DNA of 64,000 nt from an uncultured Bacilli bacterium. GTDB taxonomy: Bacteria; Bacillota_I; Bacilli_A; RF39; UBA660. The stretch is from assembly GCA_947588685.1 (NCBI GenBank), contig CANPYM010000003.1, positions 5,587 through 69,586 of the forward strand, given 5' to 3'. Below, piece by piece: positions 1 through 11,064 of the stretch (its first letter is position 1; every line of letters starts with the position of its first letter). The position numbers were made by a program, and so were the translations under genes. The notes beneath the pieces are model-generated. The model did no database searches and had not been told where the DNA came from. It worked only from the letters and a program-made list of their open reading frames with translations.

Positions 1-4
1 ACAT
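1..4 (-). CDS. Start codon only of the next operon gene (probably rpoA); the body lies outside the window
   Basis: On the minus strand, AAGGAGTGAGG lies upstream of an ATG at 4..2. In Bacillota rpoA normally follows rpsK. Confidence 0.35.
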
Positions 5-25
5 TTTCCTCACTCCTTTTCTAAA

Positions 26-409
26 TTATCCACGTGGACGCTTTGGTGGACGACATCCATTATGTGGGATAGGTGTAACATCAGTTATAGATGTAATTTC
101 TAGACCTGCTGTTTGAAGTGAACGAATTGCTGTTTCTCTTCCTGATCCTAAACCTTTTACGTATACTTCAACTTTTCTCATACCCATATCATAGGCAGCT
201 TTACCAGATGCTTCAGCTGACATACCAGCGGCAAATGGAGTTGACTTCTTAGAACCTTTAAAACCTAAAGTTCCAGCTGAAGCCCAACTAATTGCGTTAC
301 CTTCAGTATCAGTAATTGTTACAATTGTATTATTGAATGTTGAATGGATATAAGCTCTACCTTCCGGTACAGTCTTTTTAACTTTTCTTTTTCTTGCTTT
401 ATACGCCAT
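26..409 (-). CDS. rpsK: 30S ribosomal protein S11
   Basis: 127 aa. ATG preceded by GGAGGTT. Conserved S11 core ([25 protein letters not shown]). Follows rpsM in the canonical order. Confidence 0.97.
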   Translation of the reverse strand: MAYKARKRKVKKTVPEGRAYIHSTFNNTIVTITDTEGNAISWASAGTLGFKGSKKSTPFAAGMSAEASGKAAYDMGMRKVEVYVKGLGSGRETAIRSLQTAGLEITSITDVTPIPHNGCRPPKRPRG

Positions 410-431
410 TTTATAACCTCCTTAGTTACAA

Positions 432-797
432 TTATTTCTTCTTATTAGCAACGACTTTTCCTCTACCTTTACGAGTACGAGCGTTTCTATTAGTTCTTTG
501 ACCTCTTACAGGTAAACCTCTTTTGTGACGAATTCCTTGATAAGAATTAATTTCCATCTTTGTTTTGATGTTCATATTAACTTCACGACGTAAGTCACCT
601 TCCGTCATATACTTATTAACTTCATCACGGATAGCATTTAACTCATCATTAGTTAAGTCGCCAGCTCTTTTGTTGATATCAACTTTAGCATCTTTTAAGA
701 TAGTATTTGATAAACTTCTACCAATACCATAGATATATGTTAATGCTATTTCAATTCTTTTATTATTTGGTATATCTACACCTTTAATACGTGCCAT
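432..797 (-). CDS. rpsM: 30S ribosomal protein S13
   Basis: 121 aa. [15 protein letters not shown]-terminus and basic C-terminal tail typical of S13. Confidence 0.97.
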   Translation of the reverse strand: MARIKGVDIPNNKRIEIALTYIYGIGRSLSNTILKDAKVDINKRAGDLTNDELNAIRDEVNKYMTEGDLRREVNMNIKTKMEINSYQGIRHKRGLPVRGQRTNRNARTRKGRGKVVANKKK

Positions 798-812
798 AAA
801 ACACCTCCTATA

Positions 813-926
813 TTAACCTTGTCTTTGTTTATGTTTAGGGTTTTCACATATTACCCTAACGGAACCTTTACGTTTAATTACTTTGCATTTTTCACATATT
901 GGTTTTACTGATGGTCTTACTTTCAT
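813..926 (-). CDS. rpmJ: 50S ribosomal protein L36 (zinc type)
   Basis: Not in the ORF track because it is below the length cut-off. Hand translation of the minus strand gives [37 protein letters not shown] (37 aa). Sits between infA and rpsM as expected. Confidence 0.95.
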   Translation of the reverse strand: MKVRPSVKPICEKCKVIKRKGSVRVICENPKHKQRQG

Positions 927-938
927 TAAAATCCCTCC

Positions 939-1154
939 CTACTTTCTATAGGTTATACGACCAAGTGTTAAATCATAGGTTGATAATTCAACCATAACTG
1001 TATCACCAGCTAAAATTCGAATCATGTTCATTCGCATTTTACCTGAAACTTGAGCCGTAATTACGTGCTTATTTGCTAATTCTACCTTAAATTTATAGCC
1101 TGGTAATACTTCTAATACTTTACCTTCCATTTCGATAACATTGTTCTTCGCCAT
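939..1154 (-). CDS. infA: Translation initiation factor IF-1
   Basis: 71 aa S1-fold IF-1 ([33 protein letters not shown]). Confidence 0.96.
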   Translation of the reverse strand: MAKNNVIEMEGKVLEVLPGYKFKVELANKHVITAQVSGKMRMNMIRILAGDTVMVELSTYDLTLGRITYRK

Positions 1155-1158
1155 ATTA

Positions 1159-1905
1159 TCACCTCTTTGTCAATATTGTATACCCTTCATCTGTTACTAA
1201 TACTGTGTGTTCAAAGTGTGCCGATGGCATTCCATCAGCGGTTATGACCGTCCAATCATCATCTAGTAAGTAGACATTTGCTGTGCCTAAATTAAGCATT
1301 GGCTCAACAGCAATAACCATACCTGCCTTCAAGACTGGTCCAGTATTTCTTTTGCCATAATTAGGTACATCGGGTTCTTCGTGTAAGTGGTTACCGACAC
1401 CGTGACCGACAAGTTCTTTTACAACACCTAAATTATGAGCTGTGGCATAGGCCTCAACGGATGCGCCAATATCTCCAACATGAGCTCCTGCTTTTACTTC
1501 TTTTAAGCCTTCATATAAGGCTTTTTCTGTATGTTCTAGTAGATATTTCTTTTCATCAGATACATTGCCAACTGGATATGTCCAAGCAGAATCGCCATGA
1601 TAACCCTTATAGCAAGCACAAATATCTAATGTAACAATATCGCCATCTTTAAGTTTACGTTTACCGGCAATGCCGTGAACGACTTCCTCATTGATGGAAA
1701 TACAAATATTCGCAGGATACCCTTCGTAGTGATAACAAGATGGAGTTGCACCCCTTTTAATAATGTAATCGCGAGCTAGTGAATCAATCTTTTCCGTCGT
1801 TATACCCGGTTTTAGATATGGCATTAAATACTTATGAGTATCGCCAACGATTTCACCAGCTACACGCATTAACTCTATTTCTCTTGAAGACTTTATCGTA
1901 ATCAT
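1159..1905 (-). CDS. map: Type I methionine aminopeptidase
   Basis: 248 aa. MetAP motifs are present ([33 protein letters not shown]). Located between adk and infA. Confidence 0.95.
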   Translation of the reverse strand: MITIKSSREIELMRVAGEIVGDTHKYLMPYLKPGITTEKIDSLARDYIIKRGATPSCYHYEGYPANICISINEEVVHGIAGKRKLKDGDIVTLDICACYKGYHGDSAWTYPVGNVSDEKKYLLEHTEKALYEGLKEVKAGAHVGDIGASVEAYATAHNLGVVKELVGHGVGNHLHEEPDVPNYGKRNTGPVLKAGMVIAVEPMLNLGTANVYLLDDDWTVITADGMPSAHFEHTVLVTDEGYTILTKR

Positions 1906-1907
1906 TT

Positions 1908-2561
1908 TTACGCTCCTAAAATCTTTCTTACTTGCTCATGAGTAGCTTCTTTATCACCATTACCATCAACGTGATATAAAACACCTAACTTATCATAAAA
2001 GGCGATTAATGGAGACGTCTTTTCTAAATATGTGTTATATCTATCAATATATGTCTCTTCATTATCATCGGCTCTTTGATCAAGCTTATGACCACACTTA
2101 TCACATATGCCATCTTCTTTAGGTTTCATACCTTCCGTATTAACATTATATACAGACTTACAATTAGGGCAAGATCTACGGCCAGCTATTCTTTTAGCAG
2201 CCTTATCTTTGTCGATATCGATAACGATAACAACACCTAACTCTTTACCTAATTCTTGGAGCATATCTTGATAAGCTAAAGCTTGTTCGGTGTTCCGTGG
2301 AAAACCATCAAGAATGTACCCATTAGCGCAATCTTCTTTTTGTAATCTTTCTTTTAAAATGTCAATGATTAATTCATCACTAACAAAGATACCATTATTA
2401 ATTTTATAATTAATATCTCTTCCCATATCAGAATCTTCAGCGGCTTTTTCTCTTAGAATATCACCGGTTGAAATATGGGGAATATGGTATTCTTCTTTTA
2501 ATAGGGCCGCTTCTGTACCTTTACCAGCAGCAGGAGCAGCAATTAAAATTATACTTTTCAT
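1908..2561 (-). CDS. adk: Adenylate kinase (zinc-lid form)
   Basis: 217 aa. P-loop GAPAAGKGT and lid cysteines CPNC...CDKC. Its ATG overlaps the secY stop (ATGA). Confidence 0.95.
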   Translation of the reverse strand: MKSIILIAAPAAGKGTEAALLKEEYHIPHISTGDILREKAAEDSDMGRDINYKINNGIFVSDELIIDILKERLQKEDCANGYILDGFPRNTEQALAYQDMLQELGKELGVVIVIDIDKDKAAKRIAGRRSCPNCKSVYNVNTEGMKPKEDGICDKCGHKLDQRADDNEETYIDRYNTYLEKTSPLIAFYDKLGVLYHVDGNGDKEATHEQVRKILGA

Positions 2562-3817
2562 CTTCTTCTCCCTTTTCTTCCTCTTGTATAACTACGGCTT
2601 ACTAATTGACTTTCTAATTGCTTATAAGTTTCAAGAGCAACACCGACAACGATTAAAAGTCCTGTACCACTAATAGAAATACTAGTACTTAACGTTGAGA
2701 ATCGACTAAACAAGATTGGAAGTCCTGCTAAGAAAGCTAGGAATAGAGCTCCGACGATAGTAATTCTTTTTAAAATTGTTTTAATATAAACTTCGGTATC
2801 TTTACCTGGTCTTACTCCAGGAATATATCCACCATTTTTATTTAAATTATCAGCTAATTCTTCAGGCTTTAATTGCATAAATGTGTATAAGTATGCAAAA
2901 GCGACAATTAGTAAGACATAAATGATAAATCCTACAAGCGTTGTATAATTTAAATAATTTGTTACGAATAATGAAAACTTAGCATTGTTTACAAATTGCG
3001 CAATAATTTGTGGTATAGACATCAAAGCTGATGCAAAGATAACCGGAATAACACCTGCACCATTTAATTTAAATGGAATATAGGTTTGTTTACCTAACAT
3101 ACTTGTAGATTTATTAGCATATTGAATTGGAACCCGTCTTTCAGCACATTCCTCAAAGACAACACCGACAATAATACCAATAAAGACTATTACAAATAAG
3201 GCAAATGTTAAAATGCCAAGGAATCCTTTACCCCCATTAATTAACTCATTCCATAAGCTAACAAACATATTTGGTAAAGTTGTAATGATACCAGCCATAA
3301 TGATCATTGATGTACCATTACCAATTCCCTTTTTGGTGATTTGATCACCAATCCACATAACTAAAGCTGTACCAGCTGTTAAAACTAATGAATATAGTAA
3401 ATAATCAACGGCATTACCATTCTTAATATAAGTATATGAATACAAATATCCTTGAATAAAGGCTAGAATGATACCGACAACTCTAGTAATTTGATTTAAT
3501 TTATTACGCCCAACACCACCTTGATTACGTAATTCTGATAAGTAAGGAATAATATCCATACTAAGTAATTGAATGACGATTGAGGCCGTAATGTAAGGCA
3601 TAACACCTAATGCAAAAATTGACCGTTGTTCAAATGCTCCCCCACTCATAGCATTTATAACTTCTAGAAACTTTAAATTACTAGTTTCTAGGTCAACACC
3701 TGGTACTGTAATCGTTGTACCAATCTTAAAGACGAATAGGGCAGCAAAAGTGAATAATATTCGTTTGCGAATATCTTTATTTTTTGGATTAAATAGTTGC
3801 TTAAAATTGGCAAACAT
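2558..3817 (-). CDS. secY: Preprotein translocase subunit SecY
   Basis: The track ORF runs to 3841 and overlaps rplO. The ATG at 3817 (MFANFKQLF) lies just after the rplO stop and has GAGGAGG upstream. Polytopic, SecY-like sequence. Confidence 0.95.
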   Translation of the reverse strand: MFANFKQLFNPKNKDIRKRILFTFAALFVFKIGTTITVPGVDLETSNLKFLEVINAMSGGAFEQRSIFALGVMPYITASIVIQLLSMDIIPYLSELRNQGGVGRNKLNQITRVVGIILAFIQGYLYSYTYIKNGNAVDYLLYSLVLTAGTALVMWIGDQITKKGIGNGTSMIIMAGIITTLPNMFVSLWNELINGGKGFLGILTFALFVIVFIGIIVGVVFEECAERRVPIQYANKSTSMLGKQTYIPFKLNGAGVIPVIFASALMSIPQIIAQFVNNAKFSLFVTNYLNYTTLVGFIIYVLLIVAFAYLYTFMQLKPEELADNLNKNGGYIPGVRPGKDTEVYIKTILKRITIVGALFLAFLAGLPILFSRFSTLSTSISISGTGLLIVVGVALETYKQLESQLVSRSYTRGRKGRRR

Positions 3818-3818
3818 A

Positions 3819-4262
3819 TTAAACCTCCTCTGCTTTTCCACCCATTTTTTCTATCTTTTCTAAAGCTGTAGCTGAAAACTTACTAGCTTTAACTGTTAAT
3901 TTCTTTGTTAATTCACCATTACCTAATACTTTAATACCAGCTAATTGTTTCTTAACAATTCCCATTTCTTTTAATAATTCTGGAGTTACAACAGCTCCAT
4001 CTTCAAATTTATCTAAATCACTAACATTAATTGTTGCATATTCTACTTTAAAGCGAGCGTTAGAGAATCCTCTTTTAGGTAAGCGTCTGAATAATGGTAA
4101 TTGTCCACCTTCAAAACCTGGTCTTACGCCGCCACCACTTCTAGCGTTTTGTCCTTTATGTCCTTTTCCTGATGTTTTTCCGTGTCCAGATGAAACGCCA
4201 CGTCCCACTCTTTTAGATTCACGGATAGCACCAGTAGGTTGTTCAATACTATGTAACTTCAT
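3819..4262 (-). CDS. rplO: 50S ribosomal protein L15
   Basis: 147 aa. Gly/Lys-rich N-terminal half ([19 protein letters not shown]) typical of L15. Confidence 0.95.
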   Translation of the reverse strand: MKLHSIEQPTGAIRESKRVGRGVSSGHGKTSGKGHKGQNARSGGGVRPGFEGGQLPLFRRLPKRGFSNARFKVEYATINVSDLDKFEDGAVVTPELLKEMGIVKKQLAGIKVLGNGELTKKLTVKASKFSATALEKIEKMGGKAEEV

Positions 4263-4263
4263 A

Positions 4264-4872
4264 CTATATCAAATCCTCAACTTTCTTACCACGTAATTTA
4301 GCTACTTCTTCAGCAGTCTTTTGTGATTTTAAGGCATTAAGGGTAGCGTATGCCATATTAACTTTAGTGCTTGAACCAAGTGATTTAGATAAAATGTCTT
4401 TTACACCAGCCATTTCAAGTACTGAACGAACTGGTCCACCAGCTTTAACACCAGTACCTTTATTAGCAGGTTTTAACATAACTTTACTAGCTCCACATAC
4501 GCCTGTAGCTTCATGTGGAATAGTTCTTTCTTCGACGATTGAAACTCTTGTAACATTTTTTGTAGCAGCTTGTGAGGCTTTTTTAATAGCATCTGGTACT
4601 TCGTTAGCTTTACCGGTACCTAAACCAACTTTACCTTTACGATCACCAACAACGACAACTGCTGAGAAACGGAAATGACGTCCACCTTTGGTTACTTTTG
4701 TAACACGTCCGATAGATATTACTTCTTCTTCATATAATTTTGGTTGTCTTTGTTGTCTTGGTTGACGTTTTTCTCTTGCCTGACGATTTGGCTTACCATT
4801 TCTTCTTGGTTTTTCTGTTGGTTCTGCCTCTTTGGCTTCAACTGGTTCAACCTTTTCGATTTCTTGTTCCAT
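4264..4872 (-). CDS. rpsE: 30S ribosomal protein S5 with a ~36-aa charged N-terminal extension
   Basis: 202 aa. The S5 core begins around [21 protein letters not shown]. Its stop lies 1 nt from the rplO start, leaving no room for rpmD. Confidence 0.95.
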   Translation of the reverse strand: MEQEIEKVEPVEAKEAEPTEKPRRNGKPNRQAREKRQPRQQRQPKLYEEEVISIGRVTKVTKGGRHFRFSAVVVVGDRKGKVGLGTGKANEVPDAIKKASQAATKNVTRVSIVEERTIPHEATGVCGASKVMLKPANKGTGVKAGGPVRSVLEMAGVKDILSKSLGSSTKVNMAYATLNALKSQKTAEEVAKLRGKKVEDLI

Positions 4873-4885
4873 CGTTATCCTCCTT

Positions 4886-5248
4886 TTAGAATTCTAGTCC
4901 GTTTTCGCGTGCGGCATCAGCTAATGCTTTAACACGACCATGATATAGGTATCCACCTCTATCAAAAACTACTTTTGTTATTTTTGCTTTTTTAGCTCTT
5001 TTAGCTAATAGCTCTCCTACTTTTGCGGCTGCTAGAGCGTTGCCACCATTTGTAAGCTTCAACTCTTTGTCAATAGAAGAGGCACTAGCTAATGTTACAC
5101 CAGCTTCATCGTCAATGATTTGAGCAAAAATATTATTATTTGATCTAAAGACGTTTAATCTAGGTACACTTTTCGTACCAGATACTTTAGCTCTAACACG
5201 ACTATGTCTTGCTTGTCGTGCTTCATTACGAACTACTTTTTTTATCAT
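4886..5248 (-). CDS. rplR: 50S ribosomal protein L18
   Basis: 120 aa. The ending [26 protein letters not shown] is the L18 signature. Confidence 0.96.
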   Translation of the reverse strand: MIKKVVRNEARQARHSRVRAKVSGTKSVPRLNVFRSNNNIFAQIIDDEAGVTLASASSIDKELKLTNGGNALAAAKVGELLAKRAKKAKITKVVFDRGGYLYHGRVKALADAARENGLEF

Positions 5249-5267
5249 AGTTTCTCTCCTTTACTAT

Positions 5268-5801
5268 CTATTTAGAAGCTTTCTTTCCTTCTTTGCGACG
5301 AATATGCTCTTCGCTATAACGAATACCTTTACCTTTATATGGTTCTGGTTTTCTTATTTTTCTAACGTTTGCTGCAAACTCACCAACTAATTGTTTATCA
5401 AAACCTTTAATTAAAAGTTCTGTATTACTTGGTGTTTCAACGGTAATACCTTTTGGTACTTCAACGTTTACTGGATGTGAGAATCCAGCAGTTACAACTA
5501 ATTCATTTCCTTTAACTTGGAAACGATAACCAACACCAACTGATTCTAGTTTCTTTTCATAACCTTCAGTTACACCAATAATCATATTATTAATGTTAGC
5601 ATTAGCTGTTCCGTGGAAAGCTTTGTATTCATCACTTTCACGTAATACTTTTAATTCTGTATCATTAATTTCAACAGTGATATGTTCATTAATTTCAGTA
5701 GAAAGTTCACCTTTAGGTCCTTTTACTGTAACAACGTTGCCATCAACTGATACAGTTACTCCGGCTGGAATTTTAATAACTCTATTACCAACACGACTCA
5801 T
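5268..5801 (-). CDS. rplF: 50S ribosomal protein L6
   Basis: 177 aa. MSRVGNRVIKIPAGV N-terminus and two-domain L6 pattern. Confidence 0.96.
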   Translation of the reverse strand: MSRVGNRVIKIPAGVTVSVDGNVVTVKGPKGELSTEINEHITVEINDTELKVLRESDEYKAFHGTANANINNMIIGVTEGYEKKLESVGVGYRFQVKGNELVVTAGFSHPVNVEVPKGITVETPSNTELLIKGFDKQLVGEFAANVRKIRKPEPYKGKGIRYSEEHIRRKEGKKASK

Positions 5802-5814
5802 AAAATCATCCTTT

Positions 5815-6210
5815 CTACCAAATATAAGCTAAAACTTCTCCTCCAAGAGAACGTTCTCTAGCGTCTTTATCTTTCATAAGACCTTCTGAGGTTGATATAA
5901 TAGCAATACCTAACCCATTTAATACCCTTGGAACATCTTCAGCTTTAACATAAACACGTAATCCTGGTTTAGAAATTCTCTTTAATCCAGTAATAACACG
6001 TTCTTTATTATCACCATATTTTAAGAATAGAACTAAAACATCTTGAACGTTATTTTGCTTAATTTTATAATCAGCAATAAAACCTTCTTCTTTTAATATT
6101 CTAGCTATTTCAATCTTTATTTTTGAAGCAGGTACTTCAACTTCTTTATATCGCATTTGATTTGCATTACGAATACGTGTAAGCATATCTGCGATTGGAT
6201 CTGTTACCAT
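5815..6210 (-). CDS. rpsH: 30S ribosomal protein S8
   Basis: The track ORF starts at 6231. The ATG at 6210 ([16 protein letters not shown]) has AGGAGGG upstream and matches the canonical S8 N-terminus. Confidence 0.95.
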   Translation of the reverse strand: MVTDPIADMLTRIRNANQMRYKEVEVPASKIKIEIARILKEEGFIADYKIKQNNVQDVLVLFLKYGDNKERVITGLKRISKPGLRVYVKAEDVPRVLNGLGIAIISTSEGLMKDKDARERSLGGEVLAYIW

Positions 6211-6224
6211 ATACTTCCCTCCTT

Positions 6225-6410
6225 TTACCAACTAGATTTTTTCATTCCTGGGATTTGTCCTTTGTATGCTAGCTCTCTGAAACAAATTCTACAAATTCCG
6301 TATTTCTTTAATACTGCGTGAGGTCTACCACAACGACTGCAACGAGTATATCTACGTACTTCAAATTTAGGTTCACGACTAGCTTTTATTTTCATACTTT
6401 TCTTAGCCAT
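6225..6410 (-). CDS. rpsN: 30S ribosomal protein S14, short zinc-ribbon (type Z) form
   Basis: 61 aa with CSRCGR...CRIC. Confidence 0.95.
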   Translation of the reverse strand: MAKKSMKIKASREPKFEVRRYTRCSRCGRPHAVLKKYGICRICFRELAYKGQIPGMKKSSW

Positions 6411-6430
6411 AATTTCCTCCTAATATTTAA

Positions 6431-6970
6431 TTATTTTCTAAATGGCATACCGAAACCTTTTAATAAATCTAAAGCTTCTTCGTTTGTCTTTGCACTTGTA
6501 ACAAAAACGATATCCATTCCTCGTACTTTAACAACTTCATCGTATTCGATTTCAGAGAAGATTAATTGTTCTGTAAGTCCTAAAGTATAATTTCCTCTGC
6601 CATCAAATGCTTTACTAGATATACCTCTAAAGTCTCTTACACGTGGTAATGTTATACTAATTAATTTATCTAAGAAGTTGTACATATTTTCCCCACGTAA
6701 AGTAACCTTGCAACCAATTGCTTGACCCTCTCTTAATTTAAAGCCAGCAATTGATTTTTTAGCTTTTGTTGCAACTGGTTTTTGACCTGTAATAACTGAT
6801 AAGTCATGCATAGCAGCTTCTAGTAATTTAGCATTACCGGTTGCATCACCACAACCAATATTAACAACAATCTTTTCAAGCTTTGGTACTTCCATAACAT
6901 TTTTATAATTGTACTTTTCTTTTAAACTTGGTACGATTTCTTTAGTATATTTTTCTTTTAGGCGGTTCAT
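6431..6970 (-). CDS. rplE: 50S ribosomal protein L5
   Basis: 179 aa. MNRLKEKY start and an L5 core including GMDIVFVT. Confidence 0.96.
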   Translation of the reverse strand: MNRLKEKYTKEIVPSLKEKYNYKNVMEVPKLEKIVVNIGCGDATGNAKLLEAAMHDLSVITGQKPVATKAKKSIAGFKLREGQAIGCKVTLRGENMYNFLDKLISITLPRVRDFRGISSKAFDGRGNYTLGLTEQLIFSEIEYDEVVKVRGMDIVFVTSAKTNEEALDLLKGFGMPFRK

Positions 6971-6990
6971 ATTATATACCCTCCTTCCAA

Positions 6991-7299
6991 TTAATCAAGA
7001 CTAGCATTAGATTTTTTAGCTACTCTAACTTTCTTGCCTTTTTTATCCGTAGAATGTCCTATTCTAGTACGTTTTCCAGTTTTAGGATCAACGATCATAA
7101 CATTTGATGCATGGATTGGAGCTTCCATATCCACGATACTACCAGCTGCTTGACCGTTTGGTTTCATATGTTTTTTAACCATATTGATACCTTCTACAAC
7201 TACTTTATTTTCTTTTTTCAAAACGGTTGTAATTTTTCCTTCTTTACCTTTATCTTTACCAGAAATGACAACTACTTTATCTCCAGTTTTAAAGTTCAT
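6991..7299 (-). CDS. rplX: 50S ribosomal protein L24
   Basis: KOW motif [22 protein letters not shown] directly abuts the first ATG (7305), so the second ATG at 7299 is the more plausible start. Confidence 0.93.
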   Translation of the reverse strand: MNFKTGDKVVVISGKDKGKEGKITTVLKKENKVVVEGINMVKKHMKPNGQAAGSIVDMEAPIHASNVMIVDPKTGKRTRIGHSTDKKGKKVRVAKKSNASLD

Positions 7300-7317
7300 T
7301 TTCATTCCTCCAAACTT

Positions 7318-7686
7318 TTATAGCACTTCTTTAGCAAGTGATATAATTTTCATAAAATCTTTGTCACGTAATTCACGTGCAACTGGTCCGAAGACACGAG
7401 TTCCTACAGGAGTCTTATCATCTTTTATAATAACAGCAGCGTTATCATCAAACTTAATATAAGATCCATCTTCTCTTCTTAAACCAGATTTTGTTCTAAC
7501 GATGACAGCTTTGACAACTTTGCCTTTTTTAACTGTCCCGTTTGGTATTGCATTTTTAACGGTAGCAACCACTATATCTCCAATATTGCCTGTTTTTACC
7601 TTTGAGCCACCAAGAACACGAATAACTAATAATTCACGTGCTCCGGAGTTATCAGCAACTTTTAAACGGCTTTCTTGTTGAATCAT
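7318..7686 (-). CDS. rplN: 50S ribosomal protein L14
   Basis: 122 aa. [16 protein letters not shown] is the invariant L14 N-terminus. Confidence 0.97.
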   Translation of the reverse strand: MIQQESRLKVADNSGARELLVIRVLGGSKVKTGNIGDIVVATVKNAIPNGTVKKGKVVKAVIVRTKSGLRREDGSYIKFDDNAAVIIKDDKTPVGTRVFGPVARELRDKDFMKIISLAKEVL

Positions 7687-7714
7687 ATATAATCCTCCTT
7701 CGTCAATATTTTGC

Positions 7715-7975
7715 CTATAATATTACGGCTTCTTCGACTACTTCCACAACACGGAAGTGTTTTGTCTTTGATAATGGTCTCGTCTGAACGATGCGAACGA
7801 TATCACCTTTCTTAGCGATATTTTTCTCATCATGGGCAGCATATTTTTTAGAATATTTAACTCTTTTGCCATATAAATTAGCATTTTTATAAGTTTCAAC
7901 TAAAACGGTTACCGTTTTATCGTTAGTATCGCTTACAACTTTACCAACTAATTCACGTAATCTTTTTTCTTGCAT
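7715..7975 (-). CDS. rpsQ: 30S ribosomal protein S17
   Basis: 86 aa, S17-like ([23 protein letters not shown]). Confidence 0.95.
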   Translation of the reverse strand: MQEKRLRELVGKVVSDTNDKTVTVLVETYKNANLYGKRVKYSKKYAAHDEKNIAKKGDIVRIVQTRPLSKTKHFRVVEVVEEAVIL

Positions 7976-7986
7976 AAATCCTCCTC

Positions 7987-8193
7987 TTATTTCTCAGATA
8001 GTTCTCTTTCACGTAAGATTGTTTTCATACGCGCAACTAACTTTCTTAATTCTCTAATTCGTGAAGGTTTCTCCAAGTTTCCCGTTGCTTGTGAAAACTT
8101 CAAGTTAAATAATTCTGCTTTAGCCTCTTCAATTTTAGCGATTAGCTCTTCATCAGATAGTTGTCTAATTTCTTGATTAGTCATTAGCTTCAC
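7987..8193 (-). CDS. rpmC: 50S ribosomal protein L29
   Basis: L29-like helical protein ([15 protein letters not shown]). The start is ambiguous between GTG at 8193 and ATG at 8184; both overlap the end of rplP. Confidence 0.9.
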   Translation of the reverse strand: MKLMTNQEIRQLSDEELIAKIEEAKAELFNLKFSQATGNLEKPSRIRELRKLVARMKTILRERELSEK

Positions 8194-8605
8194 CGATCTC
8201 TTTCTTTACAAACTTACATTTGATTGGAAGTTTGTGCATTGCAAGACGTAATGCTTCACGAGCAACATCTTCTGTTACGCCTCCAATTTCAAACATAATT
8301 TTGCCTTCTTTTACTACTGCAACCCATGCATCATGAGAACCTTTACCTTTACCTTGACGAGTTTCTAGTGGTTTCTTTGTTAAAGATAAATGAGGGAAAA
8401 TGTTTATCCAAACTTTTCCTCCACGTTTCATATAACGTGTCATAGCAACTCTGGCAGCTTCGATTTGACGATCAGTGATCCAAGCACCTTCCATTGCCAT
8501 TAGTCCGTAATCACCGAAATGAAGTTCTGTGTTACCTCTTGCTTTTCCTTCATAAGGAAGACGGTGTGGATTACGGAATTTAGTTCTTTTTGGAATTACT
8601 GCCAT
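8177..8605 (-). CDS. rplP: 50S ribosomal protein L16
   Basis: 142 aa. PKRTKFRN start and a [10 protein letters not shown] core. Confidence 0.96.
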   Translation of the reverse strand: MAVIPKRTKFRNPHRLPYEGKARGNTELHFGDYGLMAMEGAWITDRQIEAARVAMTRYMKRGGKVWINIFPHLSLTKKPLETRQGKGKGSHDAWVAVVKEGKIMFEIGGVTEDVAREALRLAMHKLPIKCKFVKKEIGEAND

Positions 8606-9266
8606 CTACATTACCTCCCTTATTTTTTTCAGGAAGTATTTCACCTTTACAAATCCATACTTTAACACCGATTTTACCATAAGCGGTATTAGCCTCTTTA
8701 TGAGCATAATCGACATCTGCTCTTAAAGTATGTAGTGGAATAATTCCTTCAATATAACCTTCAGTACGAGCCATATCAGCTCCACCTAAACGACCAGATA
8801 CAGAAGTTTTAATTCCCTTTGCTCCGGCCTTCATCGTATTTCTTACTGCTCTTTTTTGAGCAATTCTAAATGATACACGACCCTCGATTTGTTTAGCAAT
8901 ATTTTCTGCAACTAAAGCGGCATCTAAGTCAGGATTCTTAACTTCTTTAATAGAAATTTGAATGCTCTTAACATCTTCTTTAACTAATTTAGCTATTTCA
9001 GCTTTTAGTTTTTCGATTTCATCGCCACCGTGACCAATTACAACGCCTGGTTTAGCAGTATTAATGATTACTTCAGTACGTTTGTCGTTTCTTTCAATTA
9101 GAACGCTTGATACGGAAGCATCTTTTAATTTACGCGCTAAAAACTTACGAATCATATCATCTTTCTTTAGGTATTCAGCAAAATTCTTGTTATCAGCATA
9201 CCATTTAGATTCCCAAGTTTTGTTTATACCAACTCTAAGTCCAATTGGACTAACTTTTTGACCCAC
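8580..9266 (-). CDS. rpsC: 30S ribosomal protein S3
   Basis: 228 aa. GTG start after [20 protein letters not shown] start with a KH domain. The last 26 nt overlap rplP. Confidence 0.95.
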   Translation of the reverse strand: MGQKVSPIGLRVGINKTWESKWYADNKNFAEYLKKDDMIRKFLARKLKDASVSSVLIERNDKRTEVIINTAKPGVVIGHGGDEIEKLKAEIAKLVKEDVKSIQISIKEVKNPDLDAALVAENIAKQIEGRVSFRIAQKRAVRNTMKAGAKGIKTSVSGRLGGADMARTEGYIEGIIPLHTLRADVDYAHKEANTAYGKIGVKVWICKGEILPEKNKGGNVDGSNSKKN

Positions 9267-9283
9267 AAGTGTTCCTCCTTTAC

Positions 9284-9619
9284 TTAGTTTCTTTCACTTA
9301 CAACAATTGTAATGTGACTTGTTCTTTTCTTAATTGGATCAACGTGACCACGTGAACCAAATTTAATTCTTTTTAAGGTTTGACCTTCATTAATATATGC
9401 TTCTTTAACATATAGTTTAGCTTTATCTAAACCAGCGTTATTTTCGGCATTAGCAACAGCTGAAGTTAAAACTTTATGTATTAATCTTGCAGCTTCTTTA
9501 TTAATATTTCTTAAAATCTTGTCGGCTTCTTCGACATTTTTTCCACGTATTAAATCTATAACTAAACGGGCTTTACGAGGTGGGATACGAACTCCCTTTG
9601 CAATCGCTCTAGCTTCCAT
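9284..9619 (-). CDS. rplV: 50S ribosomal protein L22
   Basis: 111 aa, L22-like ([17 protein letters not shown]). Confidence 0.96.
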   Translation of the reverse strand: MEARAIAKGVRIPPRKARLVIDLIRGKNVEEADKILRNINKEAARLIHKVLTSAVANAENNAGLDKAKLYVKEAYINEGQTLKRIKFGSRGHVDPIKKRTSHITIVVSERN

Positions 9620-9645
9620 TTTAGTCCTCCTTCCTTGGATTTCGA

Positions 9646-9918
9646 TTATTTATTTTCTTTGGCATCGCCATGACCACCAAATTTACGAGTTGGAACAAAT
9701 TCACCTAATTTGTGTCCTACCATATCTTCTGTAACATAAACAGGAACAAACTCTTTTCCATTATGTACAGCAAATGTATTACCAATAAATTCAGGGAATA
9801 TTGTTGAACGGCGTGACCAAGTTTTAATTACTTCTTTTTTATCAGCACTATTATTTTTCTTAACCTTATTCATTAGACTTTCGTCAACGAAAGGTCCTTT
9901 CTTAAGACTTCTTGCCAT
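9646..9918 (-). CDS. rpsS: 30S ribosomal protein S19
   Basis: 90 aa. [12 protein letters not shown] and GHKLGEF motifs. Confidence 0.97.
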   Translation of the reverse strand: MARSLKKGPFVDESLMNKVKKNNSADKKEVIKTWSRRSTIFPEFIGNTFAVHNGKEFVPVYVTEDMVGHKLGEFVPTRKFGGHGDAKENK

Positions 9919-9930
9919 AGTAACTCCCTT

Positions 9931-10764
9931 CTATTTAACTTTACGACGACGAACTATTAAGCTGTCTGATTGTTTTTTACCTTTACGAGTTTTATAACCA
10001 AGTGCAGGTTTACCCCAAGGTGTAACTGGGCCTTTACGTCCGACAGGCGCACGACCTTCACCACCACCATGTGGATGGTCATTAGGGTTCATAACAGAAC
10101 CACGAACGGTAGGTCTAATACCCATATGACGCTTACGACCAGCTTTACCTAAGTTAACTAATTCAGCATCTTCGTTTCCTACTTCACCGATTGTTGCACG
10201 ACAAGTACTTAATACTTTTCTAACTTCACCACTTGTTAAACGAAGTAAAGTGTAATTCCCTTCACGGCCTAGGATTTGAACACTAGAACCAGCTGAACGA
10301 GCCATTTGGCCACCTTTACCAGCTTTTAATTCAACGTTGTGTACAAATGTACCTTCAGGAATATTTGCAAGTGGAAGAGCGTTACCAACTTTGATATCAG
10401 CATTTTCTCCACTTTCAATTTTGTCTCCTACCTTTAAACCTTTTGGCGCAATAATATATCTTTTTTCACCATCAGCATAATTGATAAGAGCAATATTTGA
10501 TGTTCTATTTGGATCGTATTCAATACTTGCTACAGTACCAATAACACCGTCCTTGTTTCTTTTAAAATCAATAATACGGTATTTTCTCTTTTCGCCACCA
10601 CCTTGGTGTCTTACTGTAATATGTCCTTGATTATTACGACCACCATTTTTCTTGACTGTAACCACTAATGATTTTTCGGGTTTTACTTTAGTTAATTCAC
10701 TATTATCTAAAGTCGTCATACCACGTCGACCATTAGTTGTTGACTTATAACTTTTGATTGCCAT
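9931..10764 (-). CDS. rplB: 50S ribosomal protein L2
   Basis: 277 aa. L2 signatures are present ([17 protein letters not shown]). Confidence 0.97.
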   Translation of the reverse strand: MAIKSYKSTTNGRRGMTTLDNSELTKVKPEKSLVVTVKKNGGRNNQGHITVRHQGGGEKRKYRIIDFKRNKDGVIGTVASIEYDPNRTSNIALINYADGEKRYIIAPKGLKVGDKIESGENADIKVGNALPLANIPEGTFVHNVELKAGKGGQMARSAGSSVQILGREGNYTLLRLTSGEVRKVLSTCRATIGEVGNEDAELVNLGKAGRKRHMGIRPTVRGSVMNPNDHPHGGGEGRAPVGRKGPVTPWGKPALGYKTRKGKKQSDSLIVRRRKVK

Positions 10765-10785
10765 ATGTATAATCCTCCTTTAGAT

Positions 10786-11064
10786 TTAGTTTAGTTCAAT
10801 TGAACTTCCTTCAGCTAATTTAACAATAGCCTTTTTTACTTTGTTAGTACGTCCTGTATAACGACCAACTCTTTTTTTCTTCGTAGGAGCATTTAAAGTA
10901 TTAACACTTACAACCTTGACATTGAAGATAGCTTCTACGGCTTGTTTAATTTGTGTTTTGTTAGCTTTAGGATCAACACTAAATACAATTGTATTAGTAT
11001 CAGCTAAAGCAGCACTTTTTTCAGTAACGATCGGTGCTTTAATAATATCACGATAGTTATTCAT
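10786..11064 (-). CDS. rplW: 50S ribosomal protein L23
   Basis: 92 aa, L23-like. Its ATG shares one base with the rplD stop (TAATG). Confidence 0.94.
   Translation of the reverse strand: MNNYRDIIKAPIVTEKSAALADTNTIVFSVDPKANKTQIKQAVEAIFNVKVVSVNTLNAPTKKKRVGRYTGRTNKVKKAIVKLAEGSSIELN

Noticed and set aside
26-34. TTATCCACg, an 8/9 match to the DnaA box.
   Set aside because: It is a single isolated copy inside the 3' end of rpsK. No cluster of boxes or AT-rich unwinding element is nearby, so it is not evidence for an origin.
4367-9734. Plus-strand ORFs of 60-103 aa inside the ribosomal operon (4367..4678, 4744..4932, 5593..5832, 6318..6590, 7111..7323, 7184..7462, 7970..8176, 9064..9261, 9519..9734, and further ones at 9970, 11140 and 12108).
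   Set aside because: All lie antisense to unmistakable ribosomal protein genes. They have no RBS and translate to low-complexity Ser/Thr/Phe/Leu-rich sequence typical of shadow frames in AT-rich DNA.
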